From NCBI GenBank assembly GCA_000146465.1, contig CP001948.1: DNA of 64,000 bases, one strand, 5' to 3'. The position numbers and the translations under genes were made by a program. Positions 1-10,393 of the stretch are shown piece by piece (the stretch's first letter is position 1; each line of letters opens with the position of its first letter). The notes beneath the pieces were generated by a model. That model did no database searches, was not told where the DNA came from, and saw only the letters and a program-made list of their open reading frames with translations.

Positions 1-1681
1 GGAAGAAGATGCCTATGGATGTGCTGTACCTGACTCTTCGGAATCCGTAGAGATGCAGGGCTTCTCTCCCATTGGGAATGCATCTTTCGGAATCCTTGCA
101 TTCGAAGGTCAAGTTTTCAAACTGACTCTGTAGAATGGTTTCAAAAGCATAGTACACAGGAGACATCCATACAGTCCACTTAACAAACTCCGGGGCCTCC
201 TCAGGGTTAACAAACATCCCTCCAAGCATTATGAACAATGCAGCTACTGTAGACGAAACCACCTGTGCGTGGATAAGTGTTTTGGTGTGGAGAGAAACTA
301 TAACTCCAAATGATATAGAGAAAAGCACAAGCATCACAAAGACAAATACAAACAATATGAATTGGAGGAGGCCTGGGTTCAAACCCACCACCCAGTACAC
401 CACAACGGTATAAAGAACGCTAGGGATTCCAGATATAAAGAAGCTAGACATCACATTGGCGAAGTAAGATTCAACTGCACCATACATCCCTGCACAGACC
501 TCTCTTCTGAGTGCCTTCTTGTGGGAGTCGATGAATATGATTGAGGAAGCTATTGACCTTTCAAGGCCGCTTATAACCATAAACGAGAGGATTCCAAATC
601 GGTCTCGGATGCCTTTCTGTGTGTAGTCTAGGCGGAAGTAAACAAGAACAAGAAACAGCAAGGTTACAAGCTTTTGGACACTCAGAGTCCTCATGAGCCC
701 ACGTCTTCTGGAAAAGTCTGACAGGTTTCTTTCAAGGACCAGTAAGAAGCTTAAAAAGGACTTCTGAAGCATCACTGGGAGCTCTATCTTCTCTATTATT
801 GATGATATGGCCAAGGGCTCTATTCTTTTCCAGGATGCTTTTAGTCTTTCTATCCTTCTAGTAGACTCTCTTTCCGACACTGGCGATGCCATATCGATAG
901 ATAGGATCTTCATAAAGAAGTCCAGCGGGTTTTCATGTTTTTTAAGATTGTATCCACACTTCTTCAAGAAGCTCTTACATTCTCTAAGACTTCCACTGAA
1001 CACAATTTCTCCTTGGCATATCATTATGATCCTGTCAAAGAACGAAAGAATTTCCTTGGGAACCCTTTGGAACGAAACCATAATTCCCTTTCCTTTACTC
1101 TTCAGATCCATAAGAATGTTTAGGATGTGAATGATATTCAGCAGATCAAGATCGTTAGTGACTTCGTCTATAATCAGCACCGAGGGTCTCTTTGCAAGAA
1201 TTATTCCCAGGGAAAGCCTTACTCTTTCTCCAGTTGATATTGAGCTGACTGGAATGTGTGCAACTTTATACAGTCCTAGACTATGGATCAGGTTGGGCAC
1301 CTCTTCTGCCACAATTATTCTCTGATCTCGGTTCCTTGACGCCATCACTGCAAATCTCAAGGTTTCCTCAACCGTCTGTGTTTCATACGAATGGAGATGC
1401 TCTCCCACAAATCCTACGGCATGCTCCCACACTCTTGCATCGGCAAAGTGACCATTTAGGAGGACCTCTCCCGATATCCTTAGTCCTTCCATTGGTTTTC
1501 CTATTATCGCATTTACCATCGTTGTTTTACCTGAACCGCTTGCTCCCACAAGTACAGTCATTTCCGAAGGCCCTATCTTTCCCTGAACCCGATGGATTAC
1601 TGTTTCCTTGAAAGGCCCCTTAATTGATTCCACGTTTATGCTCCTCCAAACGATCTCTACCTTTCCATTCGTTGGATCCAT
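1..1681 (-). CDS. ABC transporter, ABCG (White-like) half-transporter, NBD-TMD order. The C-terminus is truncated by the window start.
   Basis: My manual reverse-strand translation from the ATG at 1679-1681 has no stop down to position 1. It gives Walker A VGASGSGKTT, signature ISTGERVRLSLG, Walker B LIIDEVTNDLD, then about six hydrophobic TM segments. An in-frame stop lies upstream at 1715-1717. The gene is absent from the ORF track because it is open-ended. Confidence 0.75.
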   Translation of the reverse strand, partial: MDPTNGKVEIVWRSINVESIKGPFKETVIHRVQGKIGPSEMTVLVGASGSGKTTMVNAIIGKPMEGLRISGEVLLNGHFADARVWEHAVGFVGEHLHSYETQTVEETLRFAVMASRNRDQRIIVAEEVPNLIHSLGLYKVAHIPVSSISTGERVRLSLGIILAKRPSVLIIDEVTNDLDLLNIIHILNILMDLKSKGKGIMVSFQRVPKEILSFFDRIIMICQGEIVFSGSLRECKSFLKKCGYNLKKHENPLDFFMKILSIDMASPVSERESTRRIERLKASWKRIEPLAISSIIEKIELPVMLQKSFLSFLLVLERNLSDFSRRRGLMRTLSVQKLVTLLFLVLVYFRLDYTQKGIRDRFGILSFMVISGLERSIASSIIFIDSHKKALRREVCAGMYGAVESYFANVMSSFFISGIPSVLYTVVVYWVVGLNPGLLQFILFVFVFVMLVLFSISFGVIVSLHTKTLIHAQVVSSTVAALFIMLGGMFVNPEEAPEFVKWTVWMSPVYYAFETILQSQFENLTFECKDSERCIPNGREALHLYGFRRVRYSTSIGIFF

Positions 1682-1818
1682 GGGTGGAAGGGAGTAGCTG
1701 TTAAAATAGTCCTCCTACCATTCAAGTCCCAGAACAAAAAGAAAGAGACCTCCATGAGGATCAATGCCAGACACCTCTGATTCCTTGTCTTAATATCCAA
1801 AGATTTGTTTATCCTAAA

Positions 1819-3351
1819 ATGAAGAGGTCGATTAAGGTTTGCCATTCCAAAACATATGGATTTCCATCAGGTGAGAACATATGCCATCAGGAACTTGCGG
1901 AGAGCTTCCAGATTCTTTCGGCAGTAAATCTTTTGGTGTTGCCTGAGTCGTTTGTAAGAATCGAGTTTTTTTCCACTCGTAGAAGCGTTTTCACTAATGA
2001 TTCCTTTAATGCAACAGACATCTACTCTGTATACAGGAACGGCGAGCTTTTTTTCAATTCCTCCCCGCTTCCATGGGAGTCGGATGCACAGATACCCTGG
2101 GCAGAATATAGAAAAAGGCTAGTCGACTATATTTCAAAGAGGCTAGCTCACGGGATAGAGAACATGGAGGGACTTAACGATCGTTATATATTCTATACAA
2201 AATATCGCCTTGCAAATTCCATCAATCCAAGACAGTGCCGAAAAGACCTCCAGAAGCTCTCCAAAGAGTTTAAGCTATTGGAGAGGATAGAGGTTTTACG
2301 GCTGTCTACACAAAAAGAAATCTCAGGTCCCCTTGCTGATGAAGTATATAACATATTTTTATCCTATAAATCAGATCCAGAGCTAGAAATCAGGTTTATT
2401 TTGGAAGTGATAGACATACTGCCGCTGTCTGTCATTGTAAGAATGGCTAGAAGTATTAGCAAGGCAAGAAGATACCAGGCTGTATTACTGTATTACGAGG
2501 TATACTTGAGATCTCTACAGAAGGAAAGATACAGAACAGCATTTCTGTTTGCCATCAGTGCATCAAGACTTCTTAAGCAGGGGGTGAACTTAAACTTTGA
2601 GGGGACGATCAAGTCAGATTCAATCCGCTGTATTAAGGAAAAAAACTGGCAGATGGTGTTGAAGAATGTGATTAAGGGAATAGAGGAGTTAGATTCACTC
2701 AGATACGGGGTAAATCCATATATATTACACGACATTGATAGATGTGAGTTTACTGTCGATTCTGTGGAACTTGACTGGTCCAACATTACCAAGTGCTCCG
2801 ACACAGTGCTCTTCAATGGAGAAAGCACAAGAACATACTTCACGGATCGGTTCAGAATCAGAATCTTATTTTCTAGAATATCTTGTGCCAATCTCCATGG
2901 GATTTCGGGAAGTATTGCGGGAGGACCGGATATATTTATACCAATATACCAGGTCTTAAATGAAAGTCCTGCAGTTGTCCAAGTATTCTTTGATCTAGCC
3001 AAAGTACTTCCTTCTGCGGAAGATAGAGCCAGTGAGCTTGAACTAAACCTTAAAAGATTAGTTTTCTCCGAAAACATAGTTGTACCTATCGACCTTGAGA
3101 TTACCTGGGTGAGAAGAAAGAGCACAGTCCACGTCAAGGATGCCAGTACTATCGATGACGAAGGGAAAATCATCGTTCTCCTTGTATTATCAAATCAGGA
3201 GGGATTTGAATCCAGAATTCTTGGGCCAGATGTTATAGAGAGAAATGGATGTGAGACAACTGTTTCTCTGCATGTGTCCAAGGGATTCAAAGTATGTTTA
3301 CGCCATGAGATCTCGGAAAGCATATTTGAGACATTCGAACTCACATACTAA
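1819..3351 (+). CDS. Hypothetical protein, 510 aa
   Basis: Long ORF that fills the gap between flanking genes. I recognise no motif in it. Confidence 0.4.
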   Translation: MKRSIKVCHSKTYGFPSGENICHQELAESFQILSAVNLLVLPESFVRIEFFSTRRSVFTNDSFNATDIYSVYRNGELFFNSSPLPWESDAQIPWAEYRKRLVDYISKRLAHGIENMEGLNDRYIFYTKYRLANSINPRQCRKDLQKLSKEFKLLERIEVLRLSTQKEISGPLADEVYNIFLSYKSDPELEIRFILEVIDILPLSVIVRMARSISKARRYQAVLLYYEVYLRSLQKERYRTAFLFAISASRLLKQGVNLNFEGTIKSDSIRCIKEKNWQMVLKNVIKGIEELDSLRYGVNPYILHDIDRCEFTVDSVELDWSNITKCSDTVLFNGESTRTYFTDRFRIRILFSRISCANLHGISGSIAGGPDIFIPIYQVLNESPAVVQVFFDLAKVLPSAEDRASELELNLKRLVFSENIVVPIDLEITWVRRKSTVHVKDASTIDDEGKIIVLLVLSNQEGFESRILGPDVIERNGCETTVSLHVSKGFKVCLRHEISESIFETFELTY

Positions 3352-3387
3352 CTTCAGGATTAACAAAACGATCCACTAAATAACATA

Positions 3388-4251
3388 TTACTTGCCTCCA
3401 TTGGCCCCGGAATCCCATGTGTATTGACCCTCTCCTAACTTCTTTTCCGCAATCTTGATATCTTCAACAAACTCCACTTGCTCTGATTTGGTAAAAGAGC
3501 ATCTTGCCTCGGGCGGATATTCCACCTCCTCTTTTGGAAACACAAAACTTTCCACAATGTCCTCAACGGTATTCTCCGAGACATCCATGTCTTCGTCTTC
3601 TATTGCTTCTTCACTAGAAGCTTTTTCTGTATAATCCTCCTCCCCAAAGAAGACCCTGTTCCGAGGCTTCCGGATAAACCTTTTCTTGAGCTTTCTCAGT
3701 ATGTTTCTGTTTATCTCTAACATGTCGTGGTTGTGCTTCTTGGAAGGTTCTTCATAGTCTTCATCGGACGAGGCAATAAACGACAGGGCATCGGAATCAC
3801 CTCCATCCTCTTCATAGGAGGATTCTCCATCCTCAGATGTTTTTGCTTCCAAGTCTATGAATCTTTTAAATCCTTTGGACTTCCCAGACTTGGACTTTGC
3901 TTCTGAACTTGAACCCAAACTCGATGAAGAAGAATGATGCAACGGTTGGGCCTCGGTTTCATCTTGGTCTTCCATTTGTTTACTGGAAGAAAAACACTCA
4001 TCATCGCTTGACATACAACAGACTCCATCCATAGAGGTATCATGACGGCTCTTAAGAAAAATTAAGTCAAAATCATCATCTTTCCTTCCAAGTATCTTAT
4101 TGGTTATTCTCTTCTGGACCTCTCTAACCGCAAGTTCCCTTAAGATCTGCTTGCGATGTTCCCCATAAAGTCCCATCGCATGAGATATTGTATAGACACA
4201 TGCCTTTCTGCTTGTCAAGGAGTTTCTTGGGAATTCTTCGGCTTCCTTCAT
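3388..4251 (-). CDS. Hypothetical acidic, Ser-rich nuclear-type protein
   Basis: 287-aa ORF with a structured N-terminus followed by a D/E/S-rich low-complexity region. Confidence 0.4.
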   Translation of the reverse strand: MKEAEEFPRNSLTSRKACVYTISHAMGLYGEHRKQILRELAVREVQKRITNKILGRKDDDFDLIFLKSRHDTSMDGVCCMSSDDECFSSSKQMEDQDETEAQPLHHSSSSSLGSSSEAKSKSGKSKGFKRFIDLEAKTSEDGESSYEEDGGDSDALSFIASSDEDYEEPSKKHNHDMLEINRNILRKLKKRFIRKPRNRVFFGEEDYTEKASSEEAIEDEDMDVSENTVEDIVESFVFPKEEVEYPPEARCSFTKSEQVEFVEDIKIAEKKLGEGQYTWDSGANGGK

Positions 4252-4296
4252 GTCTGGAAATAGGTTAGCGATAAAAACAAATAAAAGGGCTCCCTT

Positions 4297-5466
4297 ATGA
4301 TTGAAGAGCTGAAAGGGATAGTGAGAAACAAGGAGACAGTGCTTGAGGAAAAAGAAGCTGCAGTCCTTGAGATTTTTAGGATCCTGATTTCCAAGGGTGA
4401 CTACCAGGAGATCGGGGCCACTATCATTTCATTGAGAGAGACTTGGGAAGATATAACAACACCCAGAATCACAAAGATCATAAGAAACCTTTTTGAAATG
4501 ATCCCATACTCGTCTGACAACTTTGGAAATGTTCTTGAGCTTCTTACTGTTCTTGTGGAATGGGCAGACAAGGAAAATAAGAAGATGCTCCGCCTCGACT
4601 TAGAGTGCAAAAAGATATATGCTTTGCTGAAGACAGGAAGATATTCGGAGGCATTGGCACAGATAGGACCTGTAGCCCATGAGCTCAAGAAGTACGATGA
4701 CAAGATCAATCTCATAACCTTATATGTGTATGAAAGCAAGGCATTCTATGAGATAAAGAACATCTCGAAGTCAAAGTCGTCTCTGACATCTGCAAGGGTT
4801 CTTGCAGTTTCTGCGTACTGCCCGCCCCAGCTTCAGGCACAGATCGATCTTCTAAGTGGAATTTATATATGTGACGAAAGAAACTATGGAGTTGCGTCTT
4901 CTTACTTCATAGAAGCTCTCGAGGGCTTCACACTTGGAAAGATGGATCCTGAAGCCTGCATATCGCTGAGATATCTTATTTTGTCAAAGATCATGGCAAA
5001 TAAGAGAGAGGAAATCAATACGGTGATGAAGAATAAAAGCACTCTCAAACATCTTGGAGACGAGATAATCAGGGTCCTCCTCAAAGTCAGCAACAGTTTC
5101 GCAAACAGAGATCTGAAGTCATACACCAATGTTCTTCAGGAGTATTCCGAGCAGATACACAGCGATTCATTTATCTGCAGCCATCTACAATACTTGTATG
5201 ATCTTCTCCTTGATAAGAACATCATTAAGATAATTGAGCCTTACTCTGTTATCCGAATCAGCTTCATAGCCGATGTATTGGGCTTTGGAGTAGACGTCAT
5301 TGAAAAGAAGCTTAGAAAGATGATCTTGGACAGAGCTGTCAACGGCACCCTCGATCACATAGACGAATGCCTAATTCTGCAAGGAGAGAAAGCCGATGAA
5401 AGCTTTGCAGACGAATGCATGAAACAAGTCAAGGCATTGAATTGTATTGTCTCCCCTCGCTATTAA
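4297..5466 (+). CDS. PCI-domain protein, probably 26S proteasome lid subunit Rpn6 (PSMD11) or CSN-like
   Basis: Helical-repeat N-terminus and a C-terminal PCI/winged-helix-like region. The 389 aa length fits Rpn6. Confidence 0.5.
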   Translation: MIEELKGIVRNKETVLEEKEAAVLEIFRILISKGDYQEIGATIISLRETWEDITTPRITKIIRNLFEMIPYSSDNFGNVLELLTVLVEWADKENKKMLRLDLECKKIYALLKTGRYSEALAQIGPVAHELKKYDDKINLITLYVYESKAFYEIKNISKSKSSLTSARVLAVSAYCPPQLQAQIDLLSGIYICDERNYGVASSYFIEALEGFTLGKMDPEACISLRYLILSKIMANKREEINTVMKNKSTLKHLGDEIIRVLLKVSNSFANRDLKSYTNVLQEYSEQIHSDSFICSHLQYLYDLLLDKNIIKIIEPYSVIRISFIADVLGFGVDVIEKKLRKMILDRAVNGTLDHIDECLILQGEKADESFADECMKQVKALNCIVSPRY

Positions 5467-5504
5467 AGCCTTTCGCAGCCTATTTTGGTTCTTTCTTTAC
5501 CCAT

Positions 5505-5891
5505 ATGGACATGGCAAATGCTCCAGACAAGACCTCCGGGAAGGTCGGCCTACTTTTCAAGACCATGGGGAAAATGATTCCTGTCAATGCAGTGTATGGA
5601 GACACAGTATTAGAGACTGCACACAAGAATGGCGTGGATCTTGAAGGAGCCTGCGAGGGAAACTTGGCATGCTCAACATGCCACGTGATCCTAGAGGAGC
5701 CTCTATACAGAAGACTTGGAGAGCCTTCCGACAAGGAATACGACTTAATCGACCAAGCGTTTGGCATCACAAGTACCTCAAGACTGGGATGCCAATTGAA
5801 AATTGATAAGAGCTTTGAGAAGACAGTCCTTACAATTCCTAGAGCAACGAAGAACATGGCTGTGGATGGATTCAAGCCCAAGCCCCACTAG
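5505..5891 (+). CDS. YAH1: Adrenodoxin-type [2Fe-2S] ferredoxin (Yah1-like), part of the mitosomal Fe-S cluster machinery
   Basis: Cys pattern CEGNLACSTCHV...LGCQ (C-x5-C-x2-C...C) and the adrenodoxin core GACEG/CSTCH. The start is taken at the MDMANAP ATG because the track ORF begins inside the previous gene. Confidence 0.8.
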   Translation: MDMANAPDKTSGKVGLLFKTMGKMIPVNAVYGDTVLETAHKNGVDLEGACEGNLACSTCHVILEEPLYRRLGEPSDKEYDLIDQAFGITSTSRLGCQLKIDKSFEKTVLTIPRATKNMAVDGFKPKPH

Positions 5892-5924
5892 CTGGGAAGA
5901 AGAATATCCAAGAGTCAAAAAACT

Positions 5925-8900
5925 TTATTCCATTCCGTACACAGAATGTCTTACAATTGTAGAGTCTCCATTTCCGTTTCTACTGAGTCTATAGAAGTAT
6001 TCAGGCCCGTCTCTACTTAGCAGCTGGACAAAATCCTCGTCGTGTGTGATTACAATCAGCTGGAAGTTGGAATCCTTTTTGTGCTTCGAGATTATCTTGG
6101 AGAGAGTGAATGCAAGGCTTTCTATGTTGTCTCTGTCGAGATTGGTCGTTGGTTCATCAAGAGCCAATATATTACAGTTGGAAGCAAAGGAATCTGCAAG
6201 CGCCAGTCTTATGAGAATGCTAGCTATCATCTTTTGTCCGGCACTCGACCTTCCTCTCATGTCGAGCTCCACCCCTCCTTTGATAAATACAACCTTGTAG
6301 TTATATGTTCTTTGGCCCGAACTCTCTGTCTTGATCTCTATCCAGTCAACGTCATCTCCTCGGTAAGTATTCATCCACAGGTCCTTCAGCGTTGCATTGA
6401 CTTCTTCTAACTTCGAGGTATGGAAATCCACAATAGCCTTGTCCAATGCCTGGATGCACTTCTCGAGGTCCAGAGAAGATATCTCCAGAGCCTTAACTTC
6501 AATGAAGCATTTGTTATAGTCCTCTACAGTCTTTTCATGATCTTTCTGAAGCTCCTGCCTACAGGACTTTATCCCCAGAGCAATCTGCTTGCATTCCCCT
6601 AGTAATAATGACTTCTGTGCAATCAGCTTCATCTTCTTTTCTTCCAAAAGCTGTTTCTTCTCTCTAAGTCTGGTTAGATACTCAAAGTCAATTTCAGACA
6701 ACTCCTTCTCTATTTCTTCAATTATCCTTTGTCTTTCGTAATACTTCACACTCTCCTCTGCCAGGACACGCATTTCATGCATAGTACGAATCTTCTGTCC
6801 AGCCTCCAAAACCTCATTTTTCTTCTCAAGGAGCTCATTTCTCACAGCATCAAACTTCCCTTCATCCTTAGCCTCATCACAATACTCAATATGAAGAAGC
6901 TTCTTCACCTTACTGTTCAGCTCTTCTATCTCTTTTTCAAGCACTGCTATTTCCTTTTCCTTTTGGTAGAAAATCTCCATACTCATTTCCAACTCTACTC
7001 TCTTTCTCGAAAACTTCTCCAGAATCTTCTCAACCCTGCCTTTCTTTCGCAATACTTCCTCAGAGACTTCTGCAATCCTCGCTCTTATGCTACTCCTCTC
7101 AATCTGGCGAATGGCTTCTTTTGCATCCTCTCGAAAATTGATCTTTTCTCGGATCTCTTTCTCTGCCCTAACTACTTCCTGCTTCCGCTCAAGATACTCA
7201 ATCCTTTCTTTCTTTCTTTTCATCTCCCCTCTCTTCTCCTCATAGATCTTCTTTATTCCATCAATCATTGACTTCAGCTCCTGAACAGACTCTCCTTCCT
7301 TTTCATCCTTCAGCTTCCCCTCTATCGAAAATAGCTCGGAAACTAATGAAAGATAAAACTCTGTTTTCTTGATTCCCTCAGACTCGTCCAGGATGTCTAA
7401 CTCCATCTCCTCTAGAACTTCCTCATCTACTATGCCTTCGCTAGGCTCGTATTTCAGAATAAGCCCAACAATCTCTTCTCGTTTCCTGTTTCTATCCATC
7501 ACTCCTTCATTGATCCTCTCTATTTCCGTCTTTCCCCTACTTTGTCTCTTGGATGTATTTTCTTTCCCTTCTAAAGAGACTCTTTCAATTGCAAGCTCCA
7601 GTCTTCTTTTAAACCCTATCTCTTCCTCCATAGAAAAGGATCGGTGGCAAATAGGACATCCATGGCTTCTTCTTCCATCCTCCAGCATTTCTCTATAAAT
7701 CTTTTCTCTCCACAAACTCTCTGACTCACTTGTCATATCCCAAAGCTCAAAGGCCTCCTTCTTTCCATAGAATCCTTCAAAGTTCAGTAGGTCAACTCCA
7801 AACATTGCTGAATCCGCTCCAAAGAATGTTCGATTTCTTTCTACAATTTCCCTTGCCTTTTCCACTTCACACTCATTTTTGTAGTAGAATCCTGAAACCT
7901 CTAACTCTAGCACTGCTTGATCTCCAGCTTTGAGTTGCATGGCTCTAAGCTCCTCACACTTCCGACCTATTTCCCTTTTGATTCTTTCATTCTCCTTCTC
8001 TCTTTGCATCATTTCAGCCTTCTTAAGATTTATTTCTGTCTCAATCTTCTTTGCCTTCCTCTCCTTCTTTCTAAGTTCTATTCTTTGTCTCTCAAGTTTC
8101 TGGTGAAGCTCAGAGACATTAACCTCGCTCAGAATCCCCTCAATCTCTTTCTTTCTGTTTCTTATCTGGCTCACCATGAAGTTTTTCTCTGCAATGCTAT
8201 ATGCATCGTTCAACCTCCTTTGATAGTCCTCTAACCTTTCTTCCAAGGCCTCCATCTCTCTATCTCCACTTATCTCCATCTTAAGCCTCTCCATCTCCTC
8301 CAAATATGAGACAGAAACATCTATACTTCCATTGTCCTCAAGACCCTCATATTCGTCCACTATTCTTCTCTTCTCAAAGAGGATTTTCGTCCGATTCCCC
8401 TCTTCCTCCTTCAGCTTCCGAAGCTCCTCCTCAAGCTCATTTATACGTTTCTTTTTGTCTCCAATGTCTTCCTCCACTTTCCTGAAAACCTCAAGAGCCG
8501 TTTCCCTGAAGTCCTTCTCAACCCTCAGCTCCAATGAAAGGTTCTTAAAAGCCTCTGTCTTCTGCCGTTTTGCTTCATCTAACAGAGAGGACTTAACAGA
8601 TATCTCCGAAAACACTCCGTCGAGTTCCCCCTTACTCCGGAGATAGCTGCTTCTTTTCTCGCTCAGACTCCTGAATCTTGCTTCCTTTTCCTCTGCATCC
8701 ATCTTCATCCTCTCGTACCTTTCCTCTACCCTCTTCAGGAACTCTCTGCTCAAAATTTCTCTTGCTTCTTCCAACTCCAACCTCTTTTCCTTCAGCCCAT
8801 CAATAAAGCTCTTTAGTTCCTTATGTTCGTTTCTTAGCAAATATGCCCTTTTCTCCCTTTCCCCATTCTTCTCAAGCTCCATATCTATCTCTTCAACAAT

Positions 8901-9686
8901 TCTTTCACATCTTCTTATTTCATTTCCATAGGCTTCAAGTTTTATCTCATTTCTTTCAATAGATCCACATCCATTTCTTATCCGTGACTCCAGCGATTCC
9001 TTCCTTTCCTTCATCTTTCTCAGGAACTCTAGCTCTTGCATCTTCATCCGGATATCCGAAGAGCATTCTTTCTTTGATGACTTCAGACTGTCCAAGGCCT
9101 TCCCATATTTCACAGATGCAAATATCTCGTCTAGCTTCTTCTTGACAACAATCGGTTCTCCAAGAGGCCATGTGCTTTCCTCCTGATGGCAGAATATAAC
9201 GTTTTCCAGTACACTACTCGACACCCCAAAGTGCTGTGGCATCTCCGTATCGACATCTCCACTCCTTCCACTCACTCCTCCTCCATCCTTTTCAGCCCAC
9301 ACCATACTTTCCAGTGTTTTTTGTTCCTTCTTACCTCCTCTCTGTGTTAACTGAAGAGAGCGCGAACATACCATCGTCTCCCCATGCACATTGGTAAACA
9401 AAAGCTTCACCTGTCCTTGAACCTCTACTAGTCTTGCAACCCTCGGGTCATAGATAAACGCTCCACCTCTACTGTTTGGAGGAAGACTTCCAGTACTGAT
9501 ATACTTCAGCGATTCGATTATCGTTGTCTTTCCTGTTCCGTTGGGCCCAACTATCAGTGTCAACGGAGAATAGAACTCCAGTATACTACCCTCTCTATGG
9601 CTGAATGACCTTATTCCTCGTATCATCAGCTTCTTAAGAGATGACATTCCGCAAGGGATCCAAACCTTTTCAAAGTACACTTTCAA
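5925..9686 (-). CDS. RAD50: DNA repair protein Rad50
   Basis: N-terminal Walker [20 protein letters not shown], a very long coiled coil, the central zinc hook GCPICHRSF (CxxC), and a C-terminal signature/Walker B region ([17 protein letters not shown]...LDEPTTNLD). Length 1253 aa. Confidence 0.85.
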   Translation of the reverse strand: MKVYFEKVWIPCGMSSLKKLMIRGIRSFSHREGSILEFYSPLTLIVGPNGTGKTTIIESLKYISTGSLPPNSRGGAFIYDPRVARLVEVQGQVKLLFTNVHGETMVCSRSLQLTQRGGKKEQKTLESMVWAEKDGGGVSGRSGDVDTEMPQHFGVSSSVLENVIFCHQEESTWPLGEPIVVKKKLDEIFASVKYGKALDSLKSSKKECSSDIRMKMQELEFLRKMKERKESLESRIRNGCGSIERNEIKLEAYGNEIRRCERIVEEIDMELEKNGEREKRAYLLRNEHKELKSFIDGLKEKRLELEEAREILSREFLKRVEERYERMKMDAEEKEARFRSLSEKRSSYLRSKGELDGVFSEISVKSSLLDEAKRQKTEAFKNLSLELRVEKDFRETALEVFRKVEEDIGDKKKRINELEEELRKLKEEEGNRTKILFEKRRIVDEYEGLEDNGSIDVSVSYLEEMERLKMEISGDREMEALEERLEDYQRRLNDAYSIAEKNFMVSQIRNRKKEIEGILSEVNVSELHQKLERQRIELRKKERKAKKIETEINLKKAEMMQREKENERIKREIGRKCEELRAMQLKAGDQAVLELEVSGFYYKNECEVEKAREIVERNRTFFGADSAMFGVDLLNFEGFYGKKEAFELWDMTSESESLWREKIYREMLEDGRRSHGCPICHRSFSMEEEIGFKRRLELAIERVSLEGKENTSKRQSRGKTEIERINEGVMDRNRKREEIVGLILKYEPSEGIVDEEVLEEMELDILDESEGIKKTEFYLSLVSELFSIEGKLKDEKEGESVQELKSMIDGIKKIYEEKRGEMKRKKERIEYLERKQEVVRAEKEIREKINFREDAKEAIRQIERSSIRARIAEVSEEVLRKKGRVEKILEKFSRKRVELEMSMEIFYQKEKEIAVLEKEIEELNSKVKKLLHIEYCDEAKDEGKFDAVRNELLEKKNEVLEAGQKIRTMHEMRVLAEESVKYYERQRIIEEIEKELSEIDFEYLTRLREKKQLLEEKKMKLIAQKSLLLGECKQIALGIKSCRQELQKDHEKTVEDYNKCFIEVKALEISSLDLEKCIQALDKAIVDFHTSKLEEVNATLKDLWMNTYRGDDVDWIEIKTESSGQRTYNYKVVFIKGGVELDMRGRSSAGQKMIASILIRLALADSFASNCNILALDEPTTNLDRDNIESLAFTLSKIISKHKKDSNFQLIVITHDEDFVQLLSRDGPEYFYRLSRNGNGDSTIVRHSVYGME

Positions 9687-9707
9687 AATACTACATAAAC
9701 TATAGCT

Positions 9708-10388
9708 TTATTTTTCCACACATTTGTTCATCATCGAAAGCACTTCCTCGCTTGCAACCCCAAGAAGCTCATCCCTCTCGTTTCGAGCAAGGCTACTCTT
9801 TACTTCCCTGTATTCAAGGAAGGTGTTGTAATCCTCGTCCCCAATACAGCTCACCATACTCATTTGGCTGTAGAGTCTCGTAACATTCTCAAGCTCCAAA
9901 CAGACCTCTGTAATCCTTCTGGCCAGGCCGTCCACAGACTCAGAACATTCAAGAAGAGATCTATACCACTCTTCCCTATATCTTTCAACCTCAATGCTTT
10001 CCCTCACTCCTTCAATCTCTGCTCTATAATAATCCTCAGACTCTAGTACATTCATCAGATCGTCCGTGATCGTCTGCAGATCCACCGTCACAACAACATC
10101 GCTCACTCTCCTCTCCGGTTGGAAAGAGCTCGGAAACCTAAGAATATTTCTCAAAACAAAGTTTGAAAATATAAAGTAGTTTCGACGAAAAGACTCCAAT
10201 ATCGTCCCTGACATTCGATGTATCTTTTTTTTGCCAAGAAACGATAGCTTCTCAATCCCTTCCTTCAGAATCCCTTCTATCTCCCCCTGTAGCTCAGAAA
10301 CTAGGGTCACAGGTGCAAATCCAAAGAACTCAATCTCTTCCTCGCTTCCCATCCTCAGGGTCAATTTTCTTTCCCCATTCTTATCCAA
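9708..10388 (-). CDS. Hypothetical protein, 226 aa
   Basis: ORF tightly packed between Rad50 and the next gene. No motif recognised. Confidence 0.35.
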   Translation of the reverse strand: MDKNGERKLTLRMGSEEEIEFFGFAPVTLVSELQGEIEGILKEGIEKLSFLGKKKIHRMSGTILESFRRNYFIFSNFVLRNILRFPSSFQPERRVSDVVVTVDLQTITDDLMNVLESEDYYRAEIEGVRESIEVERYREEWYRSLLECSESVDGLARRITEVCLELENVTRLYSQMSMVSCIGDEDYNTFLEYREVKSSLARNERDELLGVASEEVLSMMNKCVEK

Positions 10389-10393
10389 GACAA

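Noticed and set aside
231-1611. Several 60-117 aa plus-strand ORFs at the left end of the window
   Set aside because: They lie antisense to a continuous minus-strand ABC-transporter reading frame with Walker A, signature, Walker B and TM segments, so they are shadow ORFs.
2493-3173. 226-aa minus-strand ORF inside the 1819-3351 gene
   Set aside because: It is shorter than the plus-strand ORF and fully contained in it. The plus-strand ORF fills the intergenic interval cleanly.
6042-8646. Plus-strand ORFs of up to 180 aa (6729-7271, 7369-7698, 8332-8646 and others) inside the Rad50 locus
   Set aside because: They are low-complexity L/S/F-rich translations antisense to the GA-rich codons of the Rad50 coiled coil. 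Rad50 on the minus strand is strongly supported.
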